Below are positions 1-13,292 of a stretch of 56,234 nt of DNA, one piece after another. This DNA comes from Octopus bimaculoides (lineage: Eukaryota). The DNA lies in the NCBI RefSeq assembly GCF_001194135.2, contig NC_068997.1, positions 28,308,058 through 28,364,291 on the forward strand. The letters are read 5' to 3'. How positions within the stretch are numbered: position 1 is the first letter of the stretch; the number at the start of each line of letters is the position of its first letter. Below the pieces are notes generated by a model. The model did no database searches. It saw only the letters and a program-made list of their open reading frames with translations, and was not told the origin of the DNA. Made by a program: the position numbers and the translations under genes.

Positions 1-302
1 AAATAGCTTGTGGTGTGTGCGTACGAGTAGATGTAATCGCCTTACCTCGGTTTTCCTTTCCTCGACTGCGAGTCCGTCTTGCGGTATCCGATCCTTGAAG
101 CTTGCCCCGACCCAAAGTACACGAGGAATAGCAGCTGCTTCTCCCAAACCTTCCCAAACCTAGACCATCGCTTAACACGTCTTGTCCTGACCGCAGCCCC
201 GTTTGAAAAAGGCACGAATGCCGATCGAGGCTCCCTCTGCCCTTTTCCCCCTTCCGGTCGACTCGCCCTTCCGGTCAGCCTCCCCAGACACTGACGTCAT
301 AC
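1..302. promoter_or_regulatory. CpG-rich segment with CRE and tandem ETS-like motifs
   Basis: TGACGTCA at 292-299; CTTCCGG at 251-257 and 268-274; could instead be a TE 5' end. Confidence 0.3.
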
Positions 303-712
303 CACAAGACTATTTGAACAAATTGACCCCGTTACTTTTTTATTTGAAGTCTGGTTCTTATTCTGTCAGACTTTTTTTTATCAGACAAACAAAAGCACAA
401 TGGTAAATACACACACACACACACGGCAGATTTCTACTCAATTTCCACCTACCAAATTCACTCACATACAAGACAATAGTCCAGCTCGGGGTTATAATAT
501 TGCTGTGCAATAGGACTGAACTCAAAACCACATAGTTGCAAATCAAGCTTCTTAACCACACAGCTGTGCCTATGATTTGATGATATTTTTAGCAGATCCA
601 CAAAGCACTGACACCAGTGATTCCCAACACTTCCTGGTGTTTCAAACATGTCTACTAAATACTAGATTAAGTATTTAAATGTGTCAAACGACAGTGTTTT
701 GTCTGTAGAAAG

Positions 713-905
713 GTGGTGAGCTGGCAGAATCGTTAGCATGCTGGACGAAATATTTAGCAGTAGTTTGCCCATCGCTACATTCTAGGTTCAAATTCTGCCA
801 AGGTCGACTTTGTCTTTCATCCTTTTGGGGTTGATAAATTAAGTACCAGTAGAATACTGGGGGTTTGTGTAATCGACTTACGTCCTCCCCATAGATTTTT
901 GGCCT
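713..905 (+). mobile_element. tRNA-derived SINE family A (other copies: + 3790-3960, 8285-8490, 16358-16575; - 16795-16985, 17020-17200, 21090-21320, 23520-23700, 29175-29375, 33870-34025, 36553-36690)
   Basis: Recurrent GGTGGTGAGCTGGCAGAATCGTTAGC...GTTCAAAT (A/B-box-like)...TAAGTACCAG body. Confidence 0.85.
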
Positions 906-1404
906 TCTGTTTATAGTAGAAAAAAAAATTATTTTGTCTATAGAAATATCTTTTAGAAATAGTTGTGTCTATTAACTTTTGAGGTGTCTGTATACGGGAA
1001 GCAACATATTCCAACAACCAAACAAGCAAGATAAAACGATAATTCTTTCTATTAACATGCGCGCATGCACACATATATGCACATACACACACACACATAT
1101 AGATGCACACACATGCATAATATATATGCACACACACATGCATATACATACACTCTTACACATACACACACACATCCCATACATATTCACATACTCATAG
1201 ATATGTACGCGCAGAAGCCAGGTTGACATTGCTCCTATTAGATAAACCAATTTGCCTTTAACAAGAGAGATATGTCATCATCATCATCATCATCCTCATC
1301 ATCGTCATCACCACCATCACCACCACCATAATCATTTAATATGTTTTTAATGATGATGATGATGATGATGGTCTGATACTAATCAGCAGATAGGATGTAA
1401 TTAT

Positions 1405-1409
<5 letters not shown>

Positions 1410-1464
<55 letters not shown>
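1410..1464 (+). repeat. (TG)n microsatellite (one of many TG/CA/TA/CAT tracts, e.g. 2433-2497, 41230-41900, 48030-48128, 53517-53557)
   Basis: Direct reading. Confidence 0.95.
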
Positions 1465-1465
<1 letters not shown>

Positions 1466-2444
1466 GTTTTATATCTATTCTAAAAGAGCTGCATTTTCTC
1501 TCTCTTTTGTAATAAGGGAAGGTATTACATGTCATTCTGTCACCAGCATCCGGTTTAGAGTCATTAGTGAATATTAGTCTCCACCCTTAGAAACACACAT
1601 AAATAATTTCCCTCGAGAATGACTAATACAACAATAAATATGAAAAAACATGATTGGCTCTTGGCAAACTTCGGAAAACTACTGGCCCAGTTCATGAGAT
1701 ATATTTAAGTCAAAATGACATCTACAATGAGAAAGTTTGCGGCTGCCGAAATCCTTTTTCCATCAGGGTCACCATTTTATAATGGAATTGAAGGCTTGTG
1801 ATACCTGTGGAGCATCTCCTTCTCCCATTGCAATTGTTTCTGTAGTCTTAAGGATCTGGAACTCGAAAAAGAAGCTTACAAGCGGAGTGCAATTCAATAG
1901 TCATTTACTTTTGGTTCTCGTTCATGTGGCTCACTCCCAGTGACCATCTTTATGACAGCGCATGGTTTGTTATAGCTCTGTTCACATGAGATTCATTACT
2001 TCTGGAGATAACAGGTGAAGTTAGAGCAGGATAAGAGTCTGCTGTGAGCTGCCAGCTTCGCAGAGTTTCTCATCATATGCGAGAAGGAAGAGAGAGAAAG
2101 AATGTCTTAATTCTCCTGCTTAAAGAGTCGTTGTCGATGAGAGTCTCGCTGTCGTCTCACGCATGGCAAATGGTTGCTGGTGAGATCTTGCTCCTACAGC
2201 TACCAGCAAGATCTTGTACAAAATAGCGCTGGCTTCTTGTGCCTCACCACATGTCTTTATTTCTCTTCTCAGGCATGATTGTATGGTAAGAAGTGTGCTT
2301 TCAGGCCACATGGTCCTGAGTCCAGTCCTATTGCATGGTTCCTTGAGCAAGTATCTTCTACTCTGGTCCTGAGCTGACCAACACTTCGTTAATGGATTTG
2401 GTAGACAGAAACTGGAAAAAAAACTGTCACACACATGCACGCAC

Positions 2445-2501
<57 letters not shown>

Positions 2502-3070
2502 TATCAGCATCATTTAATGTCCGTTTTCTATGCTGCCATAGGTTAGACAGTTTGACTGGAGATGGCAAGGCTGGAGAGCTGCATCAGGATCCAGTCATCT
2601 GTTTTAGCATGGTTTCTACAGCTGGATGTCCTTCCTAATGCCACTCACTCAGCAGAGTATACTAGGTGCCTTTTGTGTGTCACTGGCACGGGTGCCATTC
2701 ACTCGTCACGACTGTGTATGTCTGTGTGTCTTTGTCTCTGCGTTTGTCCCCCGTCACTGCTTGACAACTGCTGTTGGTGAACTTATGTCCCCCATAACTT
2801 AGCAGTTTCTGCTTACTAAATCCACTCACAGGGCTTTGGTCAGCCCTAGGTTATAGTAGAAGACACTTGCCCAAGGTGCAATGCAGTGGGGCTGAACTCG
2901 AAACAATGCGATTGGGTAGGTAGCTTCTTACCACACAGCCATGTCGACACCTTACTGATCTTCGTTTTACATCCCTGATTTTCACATCCCATTATAATGG
3001 CTATCGAAAGGGGAGATGTGATAAACAATCATATAAACTTGATGACCAATTTTCTAAAATTAAATGACAT

Positions 3071-3107
3071 ATGCTTGACATGATAAAAATGTTTGTAAAC
3101 AACAGCG
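3071..3107 (+). CDS. Candidate first coding exon of the CUB-LDLa gene (MLDMIKMFVNNS)
   Basis: In-frame ATGs at 3071, 3080 and 3089 after an upstream TGA; donor GCG|GTAAAT in phase 1 matches exon 4029. Confidence 0.4.
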
Positions 3108-4897
3108 GTAAATATTTATCTGTTCGGTGAATAAATTGGACCAGTTTTATGATCAACACAATGCATTAATAAACTAATTTGTAATATTGGGCAGAGGGTA
3201 AAATGGGAATGGCTTTTGTGCCACTCACCTTCTTCCCAACATCAGAGTCATTTGTGGTGTGTGAAAAGGTGAAAAACTAAAGTCCAGAGCTAAAATTGAA
3301 TCAGACTCAAGTGATTTCATTATCTAATTTCAGTTCTATACTTAAGCCATTTACATCCTACCATTTATATCCTGTGCAGTAGTACCTCAGTTTATGAACA
3401 CTTTTGATCATAAATAAATTGTGATTTATATATATATATATATCATCATCATCATCATTGTTTAACATTCGTTTTCTGTGCTGGCATGGGTTAGATGGTT
3501 TGACTGAGGACTGGCAAGCCAGAAGGCTGTGCCAAGCTCCAATTTGATCTGGCAGTATTTCTACAGCTGGATGCCCTTCCTAATGCCAACCACTCCGAGA
3601 GTGTAGTGGCTGCTTTTTATGTGCCACTGGCTCAAGGAACCAGTCAGGTGGCACTGGCATCAACCCATACTTGAATGGTGCTCGATAAATTAAGTACCAG
3701 TTGTGTACTGGGTTGATCTAATCGACTGATCTCCTCCCCCAAAATTTCAGGCCTTGTACCTAGAGTAGAAAAGAATTTTGGTATTAGGAACTGGGAGAAT
3801 TGTTAACATGTTGGACAAAATGCTTACTGCCATTGCTTCTGGCTGTCTTTACATTGTGAGTTCAAACCCTGGCAAGGTCAACTTTGCCTTTCATCCTTTC
3901 AGGTTCAAAAAAAGATAAAGTACCAATCAAGTCACCAACCTCTTCTTCTAAAACAGTTGGCACCATACCAAAATTTCAAACATAAATTGCAATATTATTT
4001 ACATTTCTGTTTTATTTTCTATTTGCAGTGTCCTCAACAAGAAAACTGGAATTCTTTTTCCCATTTCTTCTTGTTCTTGTGGAAAGCATTGCAAGTTACC
4101 GACATAATGGACAATTAGGTATAATATATTCTATCTTTTCACTTTTACTCGTTGCAGTCATTGGACTGCAACCATGCTGGGGCACCACCTTGAGGGGTTT
4201 AGTCCAGTCATTCCCAACCAAAGACCCCTTTTATTTAAATGAGTTTTCCAATGGACCCCTTTTAATATGCTTATCCTTATGGGTATTCTTGTATTCTTTT
4301 ACTTGTTTCAGTCATTTGACTGTGGCCATGCTGGAGCACCGCCTTTAGCTGAAGGAGTCGACCCCAGGACTTATTCTTTGTAAACCTAGTACTTACTCTA
4401 TTGGTCTCTTTTGCTGAACCACTAAGTTATGGGTTACGGGGATGTAAACAAATCAACATCGGTTTTCCAGTAATGGTGGGGGGAACTTACAATACATTTA
4501 GGATGTTTAATTTTACTATAAATTAATTATTATTAATAATGTTTCTTTATTTTTTAATTTTTTATTCTTACAGGATTGATAGAATGCAGACAAAATTTAA
4601 AAGGACCACTGTGGCGGGCTATGGTAGGTGACAGTGGGGCAGTGGTCAGCACTGGTTACCCAAACAGCTATTCTTCCCACCCTGATACGATGTGCGAAGT
4701 GCTCTTACGTACCTGTAATAGCTGCCGATTTCTAATAGAACTCAAGAAATTGCATTTCCCATCATGCAATGGGACATCTTTAGGGAATTTTACAACAAAG
4801 ACAAATGTGGAAAACCAGTGCATAAGTGGGTGTGTATTATTGCCTAATAATTCAGTTAAGAAAAAGTATTTGCTTGACAGAATTAATAGAGCAGCAG

Positions 4898-4975
<78 letters not shown>

Positions 4976-7900
4976 TATTAAAAATAATAATAATAATAAT
5001 GAAATTATTGTGTATAGTGCTCAGGTGCAACTCATCAAAGGTGCATGTACAGTACATAGAATTATGTAACAACAAAATTTTAAAATCAAACAAAATCAAC
5101 AAACAATAAAGATTTTTTTGTTTGTTCTTGCTTTTGTTTCCAGATGTGACCATCTCTATATCTCAGAAGTCGACCATCCTTACAGTTTATATTCTCATCG
5201 GAATTATTTCGATGTTAACGAGACATCGACATATGTTTCAATCTCGTCCCATATCCGAATTGTCCATTGTATGTCACAAACGAATCTGGCAGCAGGAAAA
5301 ATGTTTAAGATTAATTACAAGGTTGTAGGTAAGTTATTGACATGTTAATTACAAGGTATGTTCAGGAAAGTTAAGCCTTGCTATTTTCATTTGCTCTACT
5401 TTAGCTGCTATTAATTCTGTTGTTTAGGCCTGGGTCAGCCTTGATCAGAACACCTGCAACCAAAGATGCTCCAGTTGGGACCATTGCATTCCATCCTTTT
5501 GTCTTTTTACTTGTTTCACTCATGAAATTGTGGCCATGCTGGGGCACCTCCACAATAATTGTTTTATTTTTTTTTAAAGCCTGGTACTTATTCTGTCAAT
5601 CTCTTTTGCTGAACTGCTTAGCTATGGGGACATAAAAACAACCATACTGGTTGTCAAGTGGTAGGGGGGGGGGACAAACACAGATGTGTTTGTACGCACG
5701 TGCGCACACACACACACACGCACACACACACACACACACACACAGCTGACCTTTTTTCAGTCTACTGAATCCACTCTCAAGGTGCCACACAGTGGGACTG
5801 AACCTGGAACTCTGTGGTTGGGAGACAAGCTTCTTACCACACACCCATGCTATCTTTTTATTCTTAATTCTTGTAAGTTGGCAGAGTATGATTTGAGGGA
5901 AATTTGGCTGAGGTCTCTAGCATGTTATATGATAGTGCATAGGCTTTTGACTGAAATTCAGTAGCTACAAACTGGGTAGAAGACCAACACACACACACAC
6001 ACACACACATATACCTATATACAATGGTTTGCAAAAGTATGTATACAGTTATGAAAAAAAACATGCACACTACTCATTTATTTTTATCATAAAAATTAAA
6101 AATTAGTCTTATTTTGGATATTTTCAGTGTCATTAATCATAATAATATGCTTATCATGATTATAATGATACTTTTATCATAACTATATACTTACTTTTGC
6201 TCCCCACTTGTATATATATGTATGTATGTGCATTGGTCTTCTATCCAGTTTGTAACTACCTACTTTTGCACCCCCTGTATTTATAAATATATATACATAT
6301 ATATATATATACATACATATATACATATATATATATATACATACATATATACATANNNNNNNNNNNNNNNNNNNNNNNNNNNNNNNNNNNNNNNNNNNNN
6401 NNNNNNNNNNNNNNNNNNNNNNNNNNNNNNNNNNNNNNNNNNNNNNNNNNNNNNNNNNNNNNNNNNNNNNNNNNNNNNNNNNNNNNNNNNNNNNNNNNNN
6501 NNNNNNNNNNNNNNNNNNNNNNNNNNNNNNNNNNNNNNNNNNNNNNNNNNNNNNNNNNNNNNNNNNNNNNNNNNNNNNNNNNNNNNNNNNNNNNNNNNNN
6601 NNNNNNNNNNNNNNNNNNNNNNNNNNNNNNNNNNNNNNNNNNNNNNNNNNNNNNNNNNNNNNNNNNNNNNNNNNNNNNNNNNNNNNNNNNNNNNNNNNNN
6701 NNTATATATATGTGTGTGTGTGGCTTTGATTTTTATTTATTTTACTAGTGAAAAAGGAAGAATTTTCTGGACATCCTCAAAAAGGAACTCTTAGTGATGG
6801 ATTTTTTCATTCTCCAAACTTTCCAAGAGGCTATGCAATCAATGGAGAAATTTTCATATATTCAATACGAAATCTGGATCCAAATGGGTTCATAAAACTT
6901 GTCTTTGATGATTGGGATATTGCACAAGACACTACAGTCCAGGTAATCATTTCCCCCTCTTGTTCATTTCTTTATCATGGTGAAATACTTCATATGATTC
7001 AATCAGAAATCAAACCTGCCTTTACATACACAGCTTACACAGCTTTGCAGTGTTCACATAACTAAATTGTTCAAAAGCTGTCAAGTTTGTAGGGTTAAGA
7101 AGTTTATTTGGCTACTTTTATGGTTTCTGGATTTTATCCCACCTTGGGCAAGTGTTTTCTACCTCAGGTCAACCAAAGCCTTGTGATTAGTTTTAACATC
7201 CCCTATTTGGTTTATGGGTACTTTTATTAGAATCTAATCTGATGCAAACACTTGGATCAGGTCCCTACTCTAAATAGCTTCCTCTTTATATCCCACTTGT
7301 CTCAAGGGTCCTAAAAAAAAGGAACTGCTTTTTCTCCTCTAATTAAACCATAAAAAAGAAAAAGAACATTACTACCTTTAATTTTAAAAAAGGGTTCTTA
7401 GTTTTATTTGAGCCTGAAATTGTGCACATATTGGATAATTATATTCCTGATGAGGATCTATAGTTAAAATTGATAAATGTAAACACACCAACACAGACAC
7501 AAATACACACAATGGGCTTCTTTCAGTTTCCTTCTACTAAATCCATTGACANNNNNNNNNNNNNNNNNNNNNNNNNNNNNNNNNNNNNNNNNNNNNNNNN
7601 NNNNNNNNNNNNNNNNNNNNNNNNNNNNNNNNNNNNNNNNNNNNNNNNNNNNNNNNNNNNNNNNNNNNNNNNNNNNNNNNNNNNNNNNNNNNNNNNNNNN
7701 NNNNNNNNNNNNNNNNNNNNNNNNNNNNNNNNNNNNNNNNNNNNNNNNNNNNNNNNNNNNNNNNNNNNNNNNNNNNNNNNNNNNNNNNNNNNNNNNNNNN
7801 NNNNNNNNNNNNNNNNNNNNNNNNNNNNNNNNNNNNNNNNNNNNNNNNNNNNNNNNNNNNNNNNNNNNNNNNNNNNNNNNNNNNNNNNNNNNNNNNNNNN

Positions 7901-8203
7901 NNNNNNNNNNNNNNNNNNNNNNNNNNNNNNNNNNNNNNNNNNNNNNNNNNNNNNNNNNNNNNNNNNNNNNNNNNNNNNNNNNNNNNNNNNNNNNNNNNNN
8001 NNNNNNNNNNNNNNNNNNNNNNNNNNNNNNNNNNNNNNNNNNNNNNNNNNNNNNNNNNNNNNNNNNNNNNNNNNNNNNNNNNNNNNNNNNNNNNNNNNNN
8101 NNNNNNNNNNNNNNNNNNNNNNNNNNNNNNATAAAGCAAACCTTGTGCTTTGTTTTCATAATTTTATACAATTTTATATATTTTTGTTTCTTCTTGTATT
8201 GGG

Positions 8204-8235
<32 letters not shown>

Positions 8236-10113
8236 TTTATAGAACCCATCCTTACATGTGGCAATGTCTTGGAGGATACATTGAGGTGGTGAGCTGGCAG
8301 AAACAATAGCATGCCAGGCAAAATGCTTAATGGTATTTCGTCTGCCATTATGTTCTGAGTTCAAATTCCACCAAGGTCAACTTTGCCTTTCATTTTTTGG
8401 GAGTCGATTAAATAAGTACCAGTTACACACTGGGGTCGATGTAATCGACTTAATCCCTTTGCTTGTCCTCTCTATGTTTAGCCCCCTGTGGGCAATAAAA
8501 ATTTTTTTTTTAAATGTGTCTTGGAGGATCAACAAACAAAAGCTTATCAATGCTACTGAAATGTGGTTGCTTTGATGAATTCTGATGATATTCTATAATG
8601 GTAAGGTGACAAACAGTGAAGTCTTTAGGGGAGCAGAAACTCCCTGAAAACGGCACAAGGAGACAACATGCAAAGTTCATTGGACATCACATGAGAACAT
8701 GAAGCATTGAACATTTGATGCCAATTGAGAAACTGAGGTGAAGAAGTGAGGAAAGACAGAGAATAAAGGCAATTTGATGGCCTTAGCAGATGGTTGCAGG
8801 AAGACTTAGCCAATAATATGCTAACATGTATAGGGGGAAGAAAAAGGTGGAAGTCCATAATGAAATAAGCACATGTAGAGCACTGGGGTCAATGGAATAT
8901 TCCAAATTAATTATATTCCAAATTAATAACAACAAAGTTATTTTTCTAAAATACTTCAAAATTAATTGAAACAGAATCAGTTTATTTCTATAGAAATATG
9001 GTAACAAAAGGGTTAAGAGAAGTAATATATGTATTTATTTGGATTTAATTTTCCTTTCGCAAAAGCATCCAATTAATATTTTTACCTTTTGATATTTTTC
9101 AGAAAAAATTCAGGACAATACTAAACTTGGTAGGTGTAAATATTCTTATCTCATTTTTTTACAGAAATGTTGCTTCTCACAGCATATAACTATTGGGTTG
9201 GCAACTAAGTTCCCGCTGTTTTTTTTTAATTTTGGGATTTATTGCGTTTTTAAATTTTGGAATCTATTTTTTCGAGAATTCTATTTTTGAATCATTTTGG
9301 AATCTATTTTTTTTTTTCTAGTTAATTTTAGTTAATTTTTGTTTATCTTTAGATCATTAAAATGGAATGTCAAGTTAAGAAAAACGAGCATTTTCGACAC
9401 CTCCTTCTTTTTGCTTTTAATCAAGGTTCTAAGGCCGCAAAAGCTGCTCACAACATTTGTGCTGTGTATGGAGAGGGTGCCATAGCTGATAGAATTGCTC
9501 GTGATTGGTATGCCGAGTTCAAAAATGGAAATTTTGACCTCAAAGACACAACTCGTTCTGGTGGTCAATACAGAAGCTAAGGATAGATGAGTGGTTGGTG
9601 AGAGCCATTACAAGCCATGTACCTGAATGCTGTTAGTAGAGTGAGGGTTGCCAATGTGTATAGTGAGGAGTTTAATGTACAAGTAGGGGTCCACTAGAGT
9701 TTGGTTCTTAGCTCCCTCTTATTTATCATGGTCCTCCAAACTATAACTGAGGAATATATGACTAGCTACACTTAGGGGCTCTTTATGCTTATGATTTTGT
9801 TCTTATTGTTGAATCACTACCAGAACTAGAGAAGAGATTTCAGGTATAGATGCAAGTTCAGGAATCAAAGGGTCTTAGAGTTAATTTAGCAAAGACCGAA
9901 ATATTGATAAGTAGCAAAACAGACAAATTGCAGATTCCTTCAGGGAGATGGCCCTGCTCAGTATGTAGAAAATGTATTGGGAGAAACTCCATAAGGTGTA
10001 TTTAGTGCAAGCTATGGACAAAGGGAGCTTGAACTGCCCTTCAGCTGGTCAGCTCCTGTCAAACCGTCCAACCCATGCCAGCATGGAGAATGAACATTAA
10101 ATGATGATGATGG

Positions 10114-10144
<31 letters not shown>

Positions 10145-11519
10145 GATGTCTTCGCTTTGCGTTCCACTGTCTGTTGTATGTGTTGCTTTTCCCATTAAAA
10201 GAAATATTTCCAAAGAAATCTAATGTCTTTTATTTGGTTTTTGGTTTTTTTCCAGATTGCAGTGCTACTTTCCCTGCCAGCGTTGGAGGTGCGATCTCTT
10301 TCTACGGATTATCCCCAATCGACTCTGCATCGTATGACTGTGTCTGGGTCATCAGAAAGATTCCAAACAAAGAATACAATTATGAAATCCATTTACACTT
10401 GAAAGAATTAACAATGAAAGATGGTAAGATTGTTATTTTTCTTTTATCTTTTATTTGTTTCAGTCAGTAGACTGTGGCCATCCTGGAGCTTCACCTTGAA
10501 GAATTTTTAGTCGAATGAATCAACTCTGATATTTATTTATTTTTAAGCTAAGTATTTATTCTGTCGGTCTCTTTTGCCAAACTGCTAAGTTACAGGGACA
10601 TAAGCACACCAGCACCAGTTGTCGAGTGGTGGTGGTGGTGGTGGTGGTGTGGGGGGGACCAAACAAACACGCATGTACACACATACACACGTACACATAC
10701 ACACACACATATATATACCCACATACACGCACGACGGGCTTACATTCAATTTCTCTTTACAAAATTCATCAACAAGGCTTTGGTCAGACTGGAGCTATAG
10801 CAGAAGACACTTACCCAAGGTGCTGCACAGAGAGATTGAACCCAGAACCATGTAGCTGAGAAGAAAGCTTCCTTAACCACACTGACATGCCTGCAGCCAC
10901 TTTTACACAAAAGTCACCTGACAGAGAAGAATTATCTGCGTCTCATTTTACAAGAGACTCAGATGACAATCTGATTGATCCCCCCCCACACACACACACA
11001 CATGTGATAATGATTTTTTTTCTTCGTTTGACATAATTGCTTCGGTCAGTGATCTCTGAAACCTCTGAGTGAGAGAGCAAAGACTATTGTTTTTTCCCCC
11101 TTCTCCCATTTTCACACACAAGTGTCGCTGATAACATTGTATTTTTGTATTTTAAGACCAGTTGTTATCATTTAACCGGAAGTCTCATGATCAAAGCAGA
11201 GATATAATTAGAAGCTTCCTGCCATGACCATCTTGCTCTTTCTTTTTACAGACTAGGTGCACCTAAGACTACATTATTCATCATCATCATCATCATTATC
11301 GTTGTCCTCATCATCAGCTTCTTCATTTTACCATTTTCTTTTCCATGCTTGCATTGGGTCAGATGGGAAAAAAAAAACTGTGTGACCGTAGAGAATGGAA
11401 GGGAAATAACCAAGATCTATCGTTGAGGTTTAAGAAAAGTGTTGTGCTTTGAAAATATTTCAGAGTCAATGCACAAGACTGGGAAATGTGGGTTAAGTTC
11501 TAGGTTCTCTCTCTCTCTT

Positions 11520-11565
<46 letters not shown>

Positions 11566-11678
11566 GCACACATGTAAACAAGTACACTTTGGCAGAAAGT
11601 TATTGTTCTTGTGTCATTTGGGGGATTCTTTGAAAGAACTGAAATACTCTTAAATTATGTACTTTATTTTTGTTCGCT

Positions 11679-11717
<39 letters not shown>

Positions 11718-13256
11718 ACCCAATGACAGGTGTAGCAGCATTGTTGTCTGCTGCTACGGAAATAAAGGAAATGGTCCACGTACAATGCATAGAATTATGT
11801 ACAAAAGTGTTCAATATGTAGGAAAGGTATTGGAAAGAATTCCATATATATACGCACATATCATCATCATCATCATCATCATCGTCATCGTTTAACGTCC
11901 GCTTTCCATGCTAGCATGGGTTGGACGATTTGACTGAGGACTGGTGAAACCGGATGGCAACACCAGGCTCCAGTCTGATTTGGCAGAGTTTCTACAGCTG
12001 GATGCCCTTCCTAACGCCAACCACTCAGAGAGTGTAGTGGGTGCTTTTACGTGTCACCCGCACGAAAACGGCCACGCTCGAAATGGTGTCTTTTATGNNN
12101 NNNNNNNNNNNNNNNNNNNNNNNNNNNNNNNNNNNNNNNNNNNNNNNNNNNNNNNNNNNNNNNNNNNNNNNNNNNNNNNNNNNNNNNNNNNNNNNNNNNN
12201 NNNNNNNNNNNNNNNNNNNNNNNNNNNNNNNNNNNNNNNNNNNNNNNNNNNNNNNNNNNNNNNNNNNNNNNNNNNNNNNNNNNNNNNNNNNNNNNNNNNN
12301 NNNNNNNNNNNNNNNNNNNNNNNNNNNNNNNNNNNNNNNNNNNNNNNNNNNNNNNNNNNNNNNNNNNNNNNNNNNNNNNNNNNNNNNNNNNNNNNNNNNN
12401 NNNNNNNNNNNNNNNNNNNNNNNNNNNNNNNNNNNNNNNNNNNNNNNNNNNNNNNNNNNNNNNNNNNNNNNNNNNNNNNNNNNNNNNNNNNNNNNNNNNN
12501 NNNNNNNNNNNNNNNNNNNNNNNNNNNNNNNNNNNNNNNNNNNNNNNNNNNNNNNNNNNNNNNNNNNNNNNNNNNNNNNNNNNNNNNNNNNNNNNNNNNN
12601 NNNNNNNNNNNNNNNNNNNNNNNNNNNNNNNNNNNNNNNNNNNNNNNNNNNNNNNNNNNNNNNNNNNNNNNNNNNNNNNNNNNNNNNNNNNNNNNNNNNN
12701 NNNNNNNNNNNNNNNNNNNNNNNNNNNNNNNNNNNNNNNNNNNNNNNNNNNNNNNNNNNNNNNNNNNNNNNNNNNNNNNNNNNNNNNNNNNNNNNNNNNN
12801 NNNNNNNNNNNNNNNNNNNNNNNNNNNNNNNNNNNNNNNNNNNNNNNNNNNNNNNNNNNNNNNNNNNNNNNNNNNNNNNNNNNNNNNNNNNNNNNNNTTC
12901 AGCGCACCCACCCCCACTACTAACTTGGTCGCCCAGATAGCGGAAGCTATCGACTACCTCTAGTTTTTCACCCTGGAATGAGATAGAAGTTGTTTCCTGT
13001 TTGTTTGCAGTCTTTATTGCACCTGAACATCTGCCACAAACAAAAACTAACTTGCTAGTTAACCTGCCTTTGATGTTGCTGCACCTCTTATGTGTCCATA
13101 GCTTGCACCGGGTACATCTTATAGAGTTACTACCTACTCCTTTTCTACATACTGAGCAGGGCCATCTACCTGAAGGGGTTTGTGTTTTATCTACCTTCCT
13201 ACTTATTAGGATTTTGGTTTTAGCTAGTGAGTGTATATTATATATGCATATATATA

Positions 13257-13292
<36 letters not shown>

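Noticed and set aside
1690-2260. GC-richer non-SINE segment with two alternative short hairpins at 2174-2214
   Set aside because: No recognisable protein or RNA motif; 8-10-bp stems can arise by chance; possibly an unidentified TE remnant
4830-5153. Poly-Ile extension of ORF 4576..5109 and the antisense ORF
   Set aside because: Read-through into an intronic (AAT)n tract; the exon ends at 4829
8520-8606. Good donor ATG|GTAAGG as the missing CUB2 exon
   Set aside because: Stops in all three frames shortly upstream and no suitable acceptor
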